This document shows, piece after piece, positions 42,664 through 53,839 of a DNA stretch of 64,000 nucleotides. Within the stretch, counting starts at the first letter, position 1. Each line of letters opens with the position of its first letter. A program made the translations under genes and the position numbers. The notes beneath the pieces were generated by a model. That model was not told the origin of the DNA and searched no databases. It worked only from the letters and a program-made list of their open reading frames with translations. The stretch is taken from the sequence record NC_027399.1. One strand, given 5' to 3'.

Positions 42664-43557
42664 ATGTTTATGAAACCTATTACAGTACTGTCATTATTCA
42701 ATGGGATGAGTGTTGGGTATATGGCACTAAAGAATGCTGGAATTCCAGTACAGAAATATTACTCATCAGAAATTGATAAATTTGCTATTGCTGAATCGCA
42801 AGCCAACTACCCTGATATTATTCAGTTAGGTGATATAACTAAATGGGAAGATTGGGATATCGACTGGGGTAGTATTGACCTACTTATTGGTGGAAGTCCT
42901 TGCACTGATGTAAGTTTTGCGGGAAAACAAGAGGGGTTAGTGAAACCAGATGAAAACGGTGATGGTGGAACAAGAAGTGGTTTATTTTATATAATGATTG
43001 ACATATTCAATCATATTAAATCGATAAATCCAGATTTAAATTTTTTATTTGAAAATGTCAAGATGAAAAAAGAACATCTTGAAGAATTTAATAATAATAT
43101 AGGGGTTGATCCTGTTCTAATCAATTCTGAATTATATACTGCTCATTACAGACAGAGATATTACTGGATTAGCTCAAATAAGCTAATTCTCAATCCCACC
43201 TACAAAGCCCCAGTACTTCAAGATATTATTGTTAATGCATATACTGACAGGAATAAATCATATTGCATTGATGCCAATTACTGGAAAAAGGGGAATATCA
43301 CACAGTACTTACGCAAATCAAGAAGACAGATTGTTTATCTAAGAGACGATCATGATTTATTCAGTACTGAAGAAAAAATTAACACATTTAAACTCAATGT
43401 TGACTATAGACATTTAACAGTAGACGAAGTATGTTTATTACAGGGTGTACCTGTTGGATTTTTTAAAGTAAGTAGTGCAACACAAGCATACAAAATGCTA
43501 GGTAATGGATGGACATGTCCAGTTATTGAACATCTATTAAAGGAAATTTTCTTTTAA
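42664..43557 (+). CDS. C5 cytosine DNA methyltransferase
   Basis: motif I VLSLFNG, IV GGSPC, VI FENV, VIII R.RYYW, X LGNGW; TAAATA at 42640. Confidence 0.92.
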   Translation: MFMKPITVLSLFNGMSVGYMALKNAGIPVQKYYSSEIDKFAIAESQANYPDIIQLGDITKWEDWDIDWGSIDLLIGGSPCTDVSFAGKQEGLVKPDENGDGGTRSGLFYIMIDIFNHIKSINPDLNFLFENVKMKKEHLEEFNNNIGVDPVLINSELYTAHYRQRYYWISSNKLILNPTYKAPVLQDIIVNAYTDRNKSYCIDANYWKKGNITQYLRKSRRQIVYLRDDHDLFSTEEKINTFKLNVDYRHLTVDEVCLLQGVPVGFFKVSSATQAYKMLGNGWTCPVIEHLLKEIFF

Positions 43558-43586
43558 TTAATAATTTAAAATGGAAAATAATATCA

Positions 43587-43796
43587 ATGATTAGTAAAGT
43601 ATACCTTGATGAAAATATTTCTAACGAAAAGACACAATATGCAGTTTATGATTCCTTGACTGATAAAGTACTAACAGAGAGTATTCATTCTTATAAAGCA
43701 GATGTTGAAGATTTTATGACACACAAATATGGTGCTGACTGGCGTACAACACATGCATTATATAGTATTCGTGAAATTAAAATCGTAGTGTTATAA
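43587..43796 (+). CDS. small hypothetical protein
   Basis: 69-aa ORF. Confidence 0.6.
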   Translation: MISKVYLDENISNEKTQYAVYDSLTDKVLTESIHSYKADVEDFMTHKYGADWRTTHALYSIREIKIVVL

Positions 43797-43849
43797 ACAT
43801 AAAAAATCCACCACATGTGGATTTTTTTCTATTTGAGATTAAATTAAAC

Positions 43850-44287
43850 ATGCACAATGAAGAAATAATTCATTTTCTTAAATTTTATTTAAAATGTATC
43901 AATGCTGTTCAAAAATTAATGGAATGTGAAATGATTAATGATTTTAATGATCATTTTGGATATATAAGTACAGATTTATATCCCGTCCCTGTTCGTGCAA
44001 AATGGAATTATGATCAAGATGCATATGCAATGCAACTGGATTTTGATTTATTCGGACTACCATCTAAATTTAATATAGAAACTATTTGTTTTGATAAAAA
44101 TGATGGTTTGATTTTAATTTGTTATAACAATAAAACAGAAGTTGATTTAAAATACAGAGAATGGTTAACCGAAGAATCGTATTTTCAGTCCTCATTAATT
44201 TATGATTTGGGTAGTACTGATTTACAGTACTGGAAAAAATGCATTGATTTATTTGAAAAGATTGAAGGAGTAATGACAGGTGTTTAA
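43850..44287 (+). CDS. FQxS-motif family protein
   Basis: WLTEESYFQSSLIYDLGSTDLQYWKKC; close paralog of 54399..54863. Confidence 0.7.
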   Translation: MHNEEIIHFLKFYLKCINAVQKLMECEMINDFNDHFGYISTDLYPVPVRAKWNYDQDAYAMQLDFDLFGLPSKFNIETICFDKNDGLILICYNNKTEVDLKYREWLTEESYFQSSLIYDLGSTDLQYWKKCIDLFEKIEGVMTGV

Positions 44288-44675
44288 AATAAAACTAATT
44301 TATACCACCGGTGATACATTCGAAACACGTGAAGTAGAAAGATTTATTAATTGCGAATGGGATACAGAAGAGAAAGCTATTCATGAAATGAATAAAATCC
44401 GAGAGCACTGGATTTTCAATAAAAAAATTAGTTCTACTCGTGATAAAGGCACAAAGAAGAGATTGGTATCACAAGCTATTATGCAATCATGGTATAAACC
44501 TGGTAATTCTGAATATACTATTCTGCTAGTTGATAATGATGGAAATTCTTTTGAGATGTATGCTGCATGGTTAGGGTATTTTGAAATTCTTCATAGTACT
44601 GAAGTAGTCAATACAAACCAATTAGACAACTATATTGATTTCGATGAATTAAGATCAAACATGGGATTGTGGTAA
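44280..44675 (+). CDS. conserved phage hypothetical protein
   Basis: I.Y.TGDTF..W.GYFE.LH; GTG start after GGAG. Confidence 0.65.
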   Translation: MFKIKLIYTTGDTFETREVERFINCEWDTEEKAIHEMNKIREHWIFNKKISSTRDKGTKKRLVSQAIMQSWYKPGNSEYTILLVDNDGNSFEMYAAWLGYFEILHSTEVVNTNQLDNYIDFDELRSNMGLW

Positions 44676-45109
44676 TGAATGGTCCAACTGTACTAAAAAT
44701 CCTTCGTAAATTTAAACACCCAATATTGGTCGGTCGCTGGAAATCATTAAAAGAAAATAAAAATACCGACGATCAAAAAAATATCAATTATAGATGGTAT
44801 TGGGATTATTCTAAAGATTATGGTGATTCACTTTGTGTAAAAATTAAATTCAATAATTATAATAAATGGTCTAGAGATAAAAAATATGTATATTCATATG
44901 ATATTCACTTATCAAAGGAACATGTATTTATTTTTCATAGAAGTTACAACAAATTTTCAACTAAACATTATGTACTATTTTCTATAAATGAATTATATGA
45001 AGATTTAGAAAGTGTATTATTTCAGCAATCATTATTGACTTCTACTGGTATGGTGAGTACTCAAGAAATTGAAGTACTTAAAGAATTAAAAGATATATAT
45101 TTTACATAA
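44669..45109 (+). CDS. FQxS-motif family protein
   Basis: DLESVLFQQSLLTS. Confidence 0.65.
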   Translation: MVMNGPTVLKILRKFKHPILVGRWKSLKENKNTDDQKNINYRWYWDYSKDYGDSLCVKIKFNNYNKWSRDKKYVYSYDIHLSKEHVFIFHRSYNKFSTKHYVLFSINELYEDLESVLFQQSLLTSTGMVSTQEIEVLKELKDIYFT

Positions 45110-45128
45110 TACAAATTGAGGATAATAA

Positions 45129-45656
45129 ATGTTTGGTATTTTATATAAATGCAATGATGGTAGAGACTATTATTGTACGTCTTCGAGATTTGCACATTTC
45201 TCAGAAGATATTGAATCGATTGCTGAATTTGCACAACAAAAAACTGCTGAAAAAATTGCAAACCATTTTACCAAAACAAATGATTTTGAAGAATTATATG
45301 GTACTGGTAAATTGTTAGTGATTAAAGTAGTTAAAGTGCCTTTAAGTCTAAAGGAAATTCCATTGATTAAACTAAAATCTGGATACCGAATTTATTCAGA
45401 AGAAAATGATGAATATTATAGTGGTAATAAAAATCCAAAAAGTTTCAATCATTTAAATCTTGATGATTTACATTGTAGTACTGTTTATAAGTCAGAAAAA
45501 GAAGCACAAAAAACGATTGATGCTATGATTAAAGAATTTTATGATTATGCATTCAACACTTATGAACCAGGTCATAGTCGTTATGAATATCACGTAAAGA
45601 TATATGAAACAGATTACCTCATTGCTTCTAAATTAAAAATTGTTTATATTGAATAA
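45129..45656 (+). CDS. hypothetical protein
   Basis: 175 aa; internal duplication-like A..F..K.A / .YKSEKEA pattern. Confidence 0.7.
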   Translation: MFGILYKCNDGRDYYCTSSRFAHFSEDIESIAEFAQQKTAEKIANHFTKTNDFEELYGTGKLLVIKVVKVPLSLKEIPLIKLKSGYRIYSEENDEYYSGNKNPKSFNHLNLDDLHCSTVYKSEKEAQKTIDAMIKEFYDYAFNTYEPGHSRYEYHVKIYETDYLIASKLKIVYIE

Positions 45657-45719
45657 AAAGCTTGACATATAAATTGACAATGATATAATAATTGCAAATC
45701 AACCAAAGAGTGAATTTGT

Positions 45720-45959
45720 ATGAAATATTATAATGGCTTTAGTGATATTGGTGTAAAGTTTGAAAATGGTAAAGGATACTATTTCCATGGTATGTCACCT
45801 TGGATTGAAACCAATGTATCTGAAGGATTAATTAAGTCCCTTGCATACTATAAAAAACTTAATGAATATGATATTCCTATGCGTGAAAAATCATCATTCA
45901 GTACTTCAATCGTTGATAACAAAGATCTTCTTATGGAGAAATTTAATGCCTTATCGTAA
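45720..45959 (+). CDS. hypothetical protein
   Basis: 79 aa after a TTGACA..TATAAT promoter (45662-45691). Confidence 0.6.
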   Translation: MKYYNGFSDIGVKFENGKGYYFHGMSPWIETNVSEGLIKSLAYYKKLNEYDIPMREKSSFSTSIVDNKDLLMEKFNALS

Positions 45960-46104
45960 AAGTCGCGGTAAAATGAATCCTGAAACAAAAGCTGCATTAA
46001 TTAATACGATGCTGATCGGAACAAATTATCATTGTATTGTTATTAATGGTGAAGTACATAAAATTAATGTCAAAGAAATCCTTGACGAACGTCCTGATCT
46101 TTGA
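45946..46104 (+). CDS. small hypothetical protein
   Basis: ATG 45946 after GGAG. Confidence 0.5.
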   Translation: MPYRKSRGKMNPETKAALINTMLIGTNYHCIVINGEVHKINVKEILDERPDL

Positions 46105-46110
46105 TATAAT
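46082..46110 (+). promoter_or_regulatory. sigma70 promoter
   Basis: TTGACG-17-TATAAT. Confidence 0.6.
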
Positions 46111-46152
46111 CGTTTACATCATCTACTGATACTATTAATTAAAGGAAATACC

Positions 46153-46584
46153 ATGAAATCTAAAATTCAGATGCGTCGTGCCAAACATATGATTGCTATT
46201 TGGTTAAAACCAGGTGATAAAGAATCATTAAAAGATGCATTTGATACTGCTAAACGTTGCTGGAATCGTTCTTCACAACGTGTATTGAAAACATGGGCTA
46301 AGGAACTCTATAAGAATCCCGAACGTTATGAATTCACTGGTATGGCACATAAAGAGTTGAAATTGGAAGATTTCTTCACTGAAGATGATTGTCAATATGT
46401 ACTTGATACTGTACAAGAACACGTATCAGGTAGTGACAATCATTATGCTATTCGTAGTATTATCCAACACAAATGGGTTTATGGACTTAGCACTGATTAC
46501 GCTATCCAATATGGCTTAGAAGCATACTTTGGCAAAGGTTTAAAATTTCGCCCTAAACGTCCAGTACTGAAAGGTATCAAATAA
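46153..46584 (+). CDS. hypothetical early protein
   Basis: 143 aa, AAGGA RBS. Confidence 0.75.
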   Translation: MKSKIQMRRAKHMIAIWLKPGDKESLKDAFDTAKRCWNRSSQRVLKTWAKELYKNPERYEFTGMAHKELKLEDFFTEDDCQYVLDTVQEHVSGSDNHYAIRSIIQHKWVYGLSTDYAIQYGLEAYFGKGLKFRPKRPVLKGIK

Positions 46585-46940
46585 TGAAACAATATGCTAT
46601 CAAATATAAACCCAATGGGAAAATCATTTCTTTGTATAATACAAAAGAAGCTGCATTGGAACGTTGTAAGTTTATTGGTGGTGATTCTAATGTATTTGGT
46701 GTATTTGAAGTATTTGTATATTTCGACCGTTATGATTCATCATATGAATGGATCGGTGTAGTACTGAAATCTAATAATACTGTATTGAATATCTTTGCTG
46801 ATACTGGTGAAATTTCTAATAGTTGCCAGTACTTAATTAAAAACAAGCATTGCTATACCAAAAAAGTACAGATCCGTACTAATGGAAAAGAAATCAAAGC
46901 ACCAAAAGTCAAAAAAGATGAGTTTTCATTTGAGGATTAA
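46584..46940 (+). CDS. hypothetical protein
   Basis: 118 aa, TAATG coupling. Confidence 0.7.
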   Translation: MKQYAIKYKPNGKIISLYNTKEAALERCKFIGGDSNVFGVFEVFVYFDRYDSSYEWIGVVLKSNNTVLNIFADTGEISNSCQYLIKNKHCYTKKVQIRTNGKEIKAPKVKKDEFSFED

Positions 46941-46943
46941 ATA

Positions 46944-47486
46944 ATGGCTGGTATTGAAAAAGTTTGTGAATATAGTGGTGAATATCCGGGCGGTTTAATG
47001 TATGGATATAAGCGTAATCATATTCAGGTTATTCCAAAATATCGCAAAGAATTTCGTGGTAAGAAAGCAACACTGCATGTATTTAAAAATGGTTTAAAAG
47101 AAGTATATAAATGTGGTGCACGAAGTGATGCAGAACTCAAATGCATAAATCCTAATCCATCCGAAGAGAATTGGGATAATCATGAGTACTATCGAATGGG
47201 TAAACGTACTCCCTGGGGAAAACCAGAAGTTTATGGTGTGTTCTTTGAAAATATCAAAGAATATAAAAATGCATTGAAGCAATATCATCAACGCCTTCTA
47301 ATGGAATATGCTTATATTCTTGAAGTTCCAGAAGTACAAGGCGAAGTCAATGGTTTGTACAGTAATTACAGTACAGATCTGACTTCGGTAAAACGCCGTA
47401 TGCGTCGTTTGGTTGGACGAAAAAACTTGACAATCATTTATCATGATTGTACAATGTACGAATTCTATGAATCATTGGGGTATTAA
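46944..47486 (+). CDS. conserved phage hypothetical protein
   Basis: MAGIEKVCEYSGEYPG.LMYGYKRNHIQV motif. Confidence 0.75.
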   Translation: MAGIEKVCEYSGEYPGGLMYGYKRNHIQVIPKYRKEFRGKKATLHVFKNGLKEVYKCGARSDAELKCINPNPSEENWDNHEYYRMGKRTPWGKPEVYGVFFENIKEYKNALKQYHQRLLMEYAYILEVPEVQGEVNGLYSNYSTDLTSVKRRMRRLVGRKNLTIIYHDCTMYEFYESLGY

Positions 47487-47487
47487 T

Positions 47488-47754
47488 ATGAAAAAGATTA
47501 TCATTGCAGCATTGCTCTGTACTCTAACTGGAGTAGTATCCAGTACAGCAAATGCTTCTCTTCTTGGTAATAACAACAATAAAGAAGAACAAAAAGGAAA
47601 ATACCATATTACATGTTGGCATCCAAATGGTAGTGAATACGTCAATCGTGATATTAAAGACTTTTATTCTTATAATTCTTTACTATTGAAGATTATCAAT
47701 TTAAATGATAGTGTTGACTATGTTAATAGTGAATGTTATATTGAAAAATATTAA
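47488..47754 (+). CDS. secreted/periplasmic small protein
   Basis: MKKIIIAALL..ANA signal peptide, two Cys. Confidence 0.65.
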   Translation: MKKIIIAALLCTLTGVVSSTANASLLGNNNNKEEQKGKYHITCWHPNGSEYVNRDIKDFYSYNSLLLKIINLNDSVDYVNSECYIEKY

Positions 47755-47770
47755 CTCTATTTCGAGAAAT

Positions 47771-47944
47771 ATGGTTTGGTTAATACAATCGATATTTCTT
47801 ACTATATTGACATTGTTGATTTTATTTACACCATCCATGATATATGTATATTTTGGTGGTAGTGATCCAAATATTGAATTTTCATGCAGAGTATTGGGAT
47901 TTATTATTTGGTTGACCATTCTTTTGTATATAATGAGAAAATAA
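47771..47944 (+). CDS. small membrane protein
   Basis: two hydrophobic segments; start uncertain (47705 or 47771). Confidence 0.45.
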   Translation: MVWLIQSIFLTILTLLILFTPSMIYVYFGGSDPNIEFSCRVLGFIIWLTILLYIMRK

Positions 47945-47945
47945 T

Positions 47946-48775
<830 letters not shown>

Positions 48776-48779
<4 letters not shown>

Positions 48780-49048
48780 AAATTTTAAAACTTCGTGTAT
48801 CTGATTTTAGTTCAGAAATTTATGTTGGTAATGATTTTAGCCCAGATCCCCTCGAAATGCTTGAAAAGATTCGCACTGCTGGTGCTATTGGGACTGAAAC
48901 AGATCGTACAATGCATTTTATTACTGAATCCAAAGATAAATTCGAAAAAGCACAAGAAGATGTAAAAAAGCTCTTGACAAAGAATGGTTATGTACTATAT
49001 AATCCATGTACTGTCCTAATTGATTGTAAGACTGGGAAGAGAAAATAA
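48776..49048 (+). CDS. hypothetical protein
   Basis: 90 aa, ATGA coupling. Confidence 0.65.
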
Positions 49049-49049
49049 T

Positions 49050-49346
49050 ATGTCAGAATTGCAAGAAAAATACATCTCTCTTAAAAAAGAACTCAACTCT
49101 GCTAAAGAGCAGAAAGAAAAATTGTTACCTCGTTATAAAGAACTCAACGAACTAGATAATAACGGGTATAGTGTTGCACTAAATGATTTGATAAACAAAC
49201 GCACCAAAGCAGAAGAACGTGAGTTCAATAACCTAAGCAAAAATATTAGTGCATTAAATAGCAAAATCACTGGATTGCAGAAAACGATCATCAAACTCGG
49301 TTCTGAAATCATTGAAGAAATCGCTAAAAAAGCTGAACAAAATTAA
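49050..49346 (+). CDS. coiled-coil protein
   Basis: heptad-rich 98 aa. Confidence 0.65.
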   Translation: MSELQEKYISLKKELNSAKEQKEKLLPRYKELNELDNNGYSVALNDLINKRTKAEEREFNNLSKNISALNSKITGLQKTIIKLGSEIIEEIAKKAEQN

Positions 49347-49446
49347 TTTTTAGTGATATAATATAAACATCAGTAAAAAAGCTGATAAACATGGCGTCTC
49401 AATGAAGAGACATTCTATAAAAGAAACAAAAAAGGGTTATACAACA

Positions 49447-49647
49447 ATGGCTAATGAAGTAAACAACAACGAACTAATCGATATCACCGATGTTGAACGT
49501 ACTGAAAACTACATTCAGTTCCAAATCTCTCAAGCAGAATCGATGTTGGAAGAACATCATCGCGTTGGTTCCAGGCCATTTATTTTCCACCACATTGTGA
49601 CGTGGAAGAAAAATCTTCAATCTGAGCTTGATGCTCTTCGTAAGTAA
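49447..49647 (+). CDS. small hypothetical protein
   Basis: ATG 49447; promoter-like CTGAAC..TATAAT upstream. Confidence 0.6.
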   Translation: MANEVNNNELIDITDVERTENYIQFQISQAESMLEEHHRVGSRPFIFHHIVTWKKNLQSELDALRK

Positions 49648-49655
49648 TATCAAAT

Positions 49656-49688
49656 CAAGCCACTACGTATATGTAGTGGCTATTATTT
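49656..49688 (+). terminator. terminator hairpin
   Basis: AAGCCACTAC-GTATAT-GTAGTGGCTT. Confidence 0.65.
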
Positions 49689-49726
49689 TAAGTACATGTT
49701 TAAGTACATTACAAAGGTGAATTATC

Positions 49727-50230
<504 letters not shown>

Positions 50231-50258
50231 TATTTTATAATAAAAAGGGATATTTTAT

Positions 50259-50504
50259 ATGAATGAAAAAATTGTAAAACTAAACACTTTACTACAAGAA
50301 ATTGTAGATCTAAGTTCTCACATGGATGATACACATATTCATATGGTTGAGGAATTATGTTCATCTGTACTTGCAGTATTTGCTGATCATGATTATGTTC
50401 CTATGGTACACGTAGAGGCACCTGAAGAAGACGGCGAAACTGAAATTTCTCCTGGTGTATTTGCTGTTCGCAAGGACAATAAAATTACGATTGTTAAAAA
50501 ATAA
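50259..50504 (+). CDS. small acidic hypothetical protein
   Basis: 81-aa ORF followed by hairpin AAGGAGACT/AGTCTCCTT. Confidence 0.6.
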   Translation: MNEKIVKLNTLLQEIVDLSSHMDDTHIHMVEELCSSVLAVFADHDYVPMVHVEAPEEDGETEISPGVFAVRKDNKITIVKK

Positions 50505-50549
50505 TATTAAGGAGACTGCTAATAGTCTCCTTTATTTTTGGATAGATTT

Positions 50550-51436
<887 letters not shown>

Positions 51437-51438
51437 AT

Positions 51439-51645
51439 ATGCATGTAAAAATTAACCCAGAAAAGAACTTTTATAATGAAGTATTCGGTTCTGAAGATTT
51501 AGTACGTCATTTTCCTGAATTAGAAACAACTGGCGTCGAAGTTTATTATGATGGTGACTTGTATCATATCATTAAAGATGGTAAACTAGCTGGAGATTGC
51601 TGTTTCTTTGATGAAGAAGAAATGGAACATCTTACCATTCTATAA
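51439..51645 (+). CDS. small hypothetical protein
   Basis: 68-aa ORF. Confidence 0.6.
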   Translation: MHVKINPEKNFYNEVFGSEDLVRHFPELETTGVEVYYDGDLYHIIKDGKLAGDCCFFDEEEMEHLTIL

Positions 51646-51654
51646 ATAAAAAAA

Positions 51655-52055
51655 ATGGAGGCGACTGTATTCAGTACTGAATCAATTGATCGTTGCGTAA
51701 TCAGATTCAGTTAGCGTAGTATTAGCTGGGACGCGTACTTGTGAGCCGCAACCACAACGTACTTAAAATCCAACGCGTGGAGGGTAAGCATTCTGTACTG
51801 AATAGCAGAAGGGCTACAAAAACTTATACTTCAAAAAGGTTCGGGAAGTATTCGTAATAAACCGTTTAATCGTCTTATCAGTACTATGAACAACCAATAT
51901 ATTTGTGGTGGATATTATTGGACTCAAGTAGATGATGTTATCTTTGTACGCTTTCTAACCAAAAGGTCAGATAATAAAAATGTAAGAAAATTTCAGTACT
52001 GATAGCTGGAACCTTACTATAGTAAAAAGACCTGATATGACTCGCTTAGGTCTTT
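51655..52055 (+). ncRNA. putative structured non-coding region (unassigned)
   Basis: No ORF over 60 aa; GC higher than flanks; stems CTGAATC/GATTCAG, GTAC-TTGTG/CACAA-GTAC, TTCTG/CAGAA, ATACTT/AAGTAT; TATAAATA at 51641; ends with hairpin AAAGACCT/AGGTCTTT. Confidence 0.35.
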
Positions 52056-52067
52056 AAATTATATAAT

Positions 52068-52145
52068 GCGAGGGACGCTACGCCTTAGTTTAGGGCTAAA
52101 TCGTAAGGATTGAGTACTAAACCGCCTTGAGAGTCCCAAGGCAAC
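52068..52145 (+). ncRNA. putative pseudoknotted small RNA
   Basis: GCCTTG/CAAGGC hairpin whose loop AGAGTCC can pair with 5' GGACGCT; internal CCTTA/TAAGG and TTTAG/CTAAA stems; follows TATAAT. Confidence 0.45.
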
Positions 52146-52258
52146 TTTTAATTTAAATGAATTTGTACAAAACACAAAAAGGTGATATAATGATTCTATC
52201 TGAAGAAGATTGGGGTGTTTATCCTAAAGACGAATTTGATGGATTTTAATAAAAAATC

Positions 52259-52288
52259 TTGAACAAAAACAAAATAATGTGATATAAT
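52259..52288 (+). promoter_or_regulatory. sigma70-type promoter for ncRNA A1
   Basis: TTGAAC-18-TATAAT. Confidence 0.65.
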
Positions 52289-52291
52289 ATT

Positions 52292-52422
52292 AGTACTGAA
52301 TGAGGATAGGTGCAGTTGGTGAGATACCGCATGAGAAATCATAGACACCGTAGAAAGCGAAGGGCTTGGTGAGCGACGGCAATAGACAAGCATAGTAGAG
52401 GCTTGAAGAACTCATTAGTACT
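52292..52422 (+). ncRNA. small RNA family A, copy 1
   Basis: terminal stem AGTACTGAATGAG/CTCATTAGTACT; identical 18-mer and 20-mer shared with 53021..53120. Confidence 0.7.
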
Positions 52423-52526
52423 TTTTTAATTTAAAGAATTATGCACTAGTTGTTTTAAATCAGTAAAACACCGAAGATGCAAGTACTATATAGTATGTCA
52501 AAATCAAATACAATAAGAGTATACAT

Positions 52527-53000
52527 ATGAAAGTCGAATTGGGAAGTACTATCAAAGCAGGTTATACTGTTTCAGTTACAACGTGGGAAAATGATGGAGA
52601 TAATTATCAAACAAATGACATTGTGGGTTTATCTAAAGAAGATGCCAAAATGTTTATTGATACTTTACCCATTTTTAAATCCGTTAATAGTAAAAAGAAA
52701 GGTCTTGGAAACAAAGAACTTAATATTAACCAGTACTTGGGTAAGTTCGAAGACCTAATCAATAACAATATTATCACAGTGTCATTTGCTGAAAAATATT
52801 TTGGTTATATTAACCCAAATAGTGATTATGATGAAGATGAACAACAAGACACGATTATTGAAGCATTGTCTGAAATTCTAGGATATCCAGTTGAATACGA
52901 TTATGGTTTTATCAGAGTCGTTGAAAAAGTTCAAGTACTCTACTTCGATGAAGATACCGTAATTCCTTCAGGTTTGAAAGTAGACACCAGTACTTTATAA
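52527..53000 (+). CDS. conserved phage hypothetical protein
   Basis: IKAGY.VSVTTWENDGDNY..G motif. Confidence 0.75.
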   Translation: MKVELGSTIKAGYTVSVTTWENDGDNYQTNDIVGLSKEDAKMFIDTLPIFKSVNSKKKGLGNKELNINQYLGKFEDLINNNIITVSFAEKYFGYINPNSDYDEDEQQDTIIEALSEILGYPVEYDYGFIRVVEKVQVLYFDEDTVIPSGLKVDTSTL

Positions 53001-53020
53001 CATATAAAATACAGAACAAA

Positions 53021-53120
53021 TACTGAATGAGGATAGGTCATTGTGACCGGATGAAGTGAAAGGCTTGGTGAGCGACGGCAAAACCCAACCGTAGTAGAAG
53101 CTCTAGGAACTTATTCAGTA
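53021..53120 (+). ncRNA. small RNA family A, copy 2
   Basis: terminal stem TACTGAATGAG/CTTATTCAGTA; GGTCA/TGACC, GGCTT/AAGCT and ACGG/CCGT stems; lies directly 5' of tRNA-Leu. Confidence 0.7.
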
Positions 53121-53140
53121 CATTTTAATTTAAGAATTAA

Positions 53141-53228
53141 GGCCGTATGTCCAAATTGGTAAAGGAGACAGACTTAAAATCTGTTGGTGATATTCACCTT
53201 CTCGATTCGAGTTCGAGTGCGGCTACCA
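53141..53228 (+). tRNA. tRNA-Leu(TAA)
   Basis: acceptor GGCCGTA/TGCGGCT, anticodon arm ACAGA-CTTAAAA-TCTGT, long variable arm, T arm CTCGA-TTCGAGT-TCGAG, encoded CCA. Confidence 0.93.
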
Positions 53229-53257
53229 AATTTATAGTACTTCATTAGGTAAACAAT

Positions 53258-53581
53258 ATGTGTACTGAAGCAAGAAGATATGTTTATATTTTGGTTCGCA
53301 AAGATTTAGAACTAAAGGATATTATTGTTCAAACTGCTCATGCTTCATATGAAAGTGCAAAAGAATTTAAAAATAATGCTGATAGAACATCTATTATAGT
53401 TTTAGAAGTCAAGGACTTATACAAACTAAATGATGCTAAAAGTTATTTAAATTCTAATGGCATTAATTGGACTGTGTATACTGAAAAATCTTTAGGATTT
53501 GGAGAAACTGCTATCAGTACTGAAGCACTCAATAACGAACAACGAAAAATTATGCGTAAGTTCCAATTATTGAAAATATAA
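53258..53581 (+). CDS. PTH2-like protein (second, divergent class)
   Basis: YVYILVRKDL....VQTAHA, IIVLEV, F.E...TAI...L..R..L.LL. Confidence 0.7.
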   Translation: MCTEARRYVYILVRKDLELKDIIVQTAHASYESAKEFKNNADRTSIIVLEVKDLYKLNDAKSYLNSNGINWTVYTEKSLGFGETAISTEALNNEQRKIMRKFQLLKI

Positions 53582-53594
53582 ATATAATAACAAA

Positions 53595-53670
<76 letters not shown>

Positions 53671-53675
53671 AATTC

Positions 53676-53772
53676 AACAGGTAGTAACGCTCTTAGGTGT
53701 ACATTAATATAGGAATAAGGGTTAACAGTACTGTACACAAACGAGTAACCCCGAAAGACCCGAAACCTGTTA
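53676..53772 (+). ncRNA. small RNA B (7-bp closing stem, possible pseudoknot)
   Basis: AACAGGT/ACCTGTT+A; GTGTACA/TGTACAC hairpin; loop GGGTTA can pair with downstream TAACCC. Confidence 0.55.
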
Positions 53773-53781
53773 AAGTTTTAC

Positions 53782-53832
53782 GGATGATTATAAATCTGAA
53801 TTGACAGAAACAGCTAAAACTGTTATTATCCT
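53782..53832 (+). ncRNA. 50-nt tRNA-like mini RNA, copy 1
   Basis: GGATGAT/ATTATCC, TCTG/CAGA, AACAG/CTGTT; covaries with copies 2 and 3. Confidence 0.75.
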
Positions 53833-53839
53833 ATTTTAT

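Noticed and set aside
51657-52145. tmRNA (5' GGAGGCG resembles a tmRNA start)
   Set aside because: No matching T arm or CGCCTCC-A-CCA 3' end and no tag ORF ending in Ala-Ala.
52190-52249. 19-aa ORF MILSEEDWG...
   Set aside because: The ATG overlaps the -10 box of a promoter-like element, so it would not be within the transcript.
52308-52360. TPP riboswitch-like string (GGTGC..TGAGA..TACC)
   Set aside because: Lacks the CCUGAU/GCGUAGGGAA core, and the segment is absent from the homologous second copy.
52292-53120. RNase P RNA or hammerhead assignment for family A
   Set aside because: GAGGATAGGT only loosely resembles GAGGAAAGUCC and no P4 partner exists; CTGAATGAG does not fit the CUGANGA core and there is no GAAA/UH junction.
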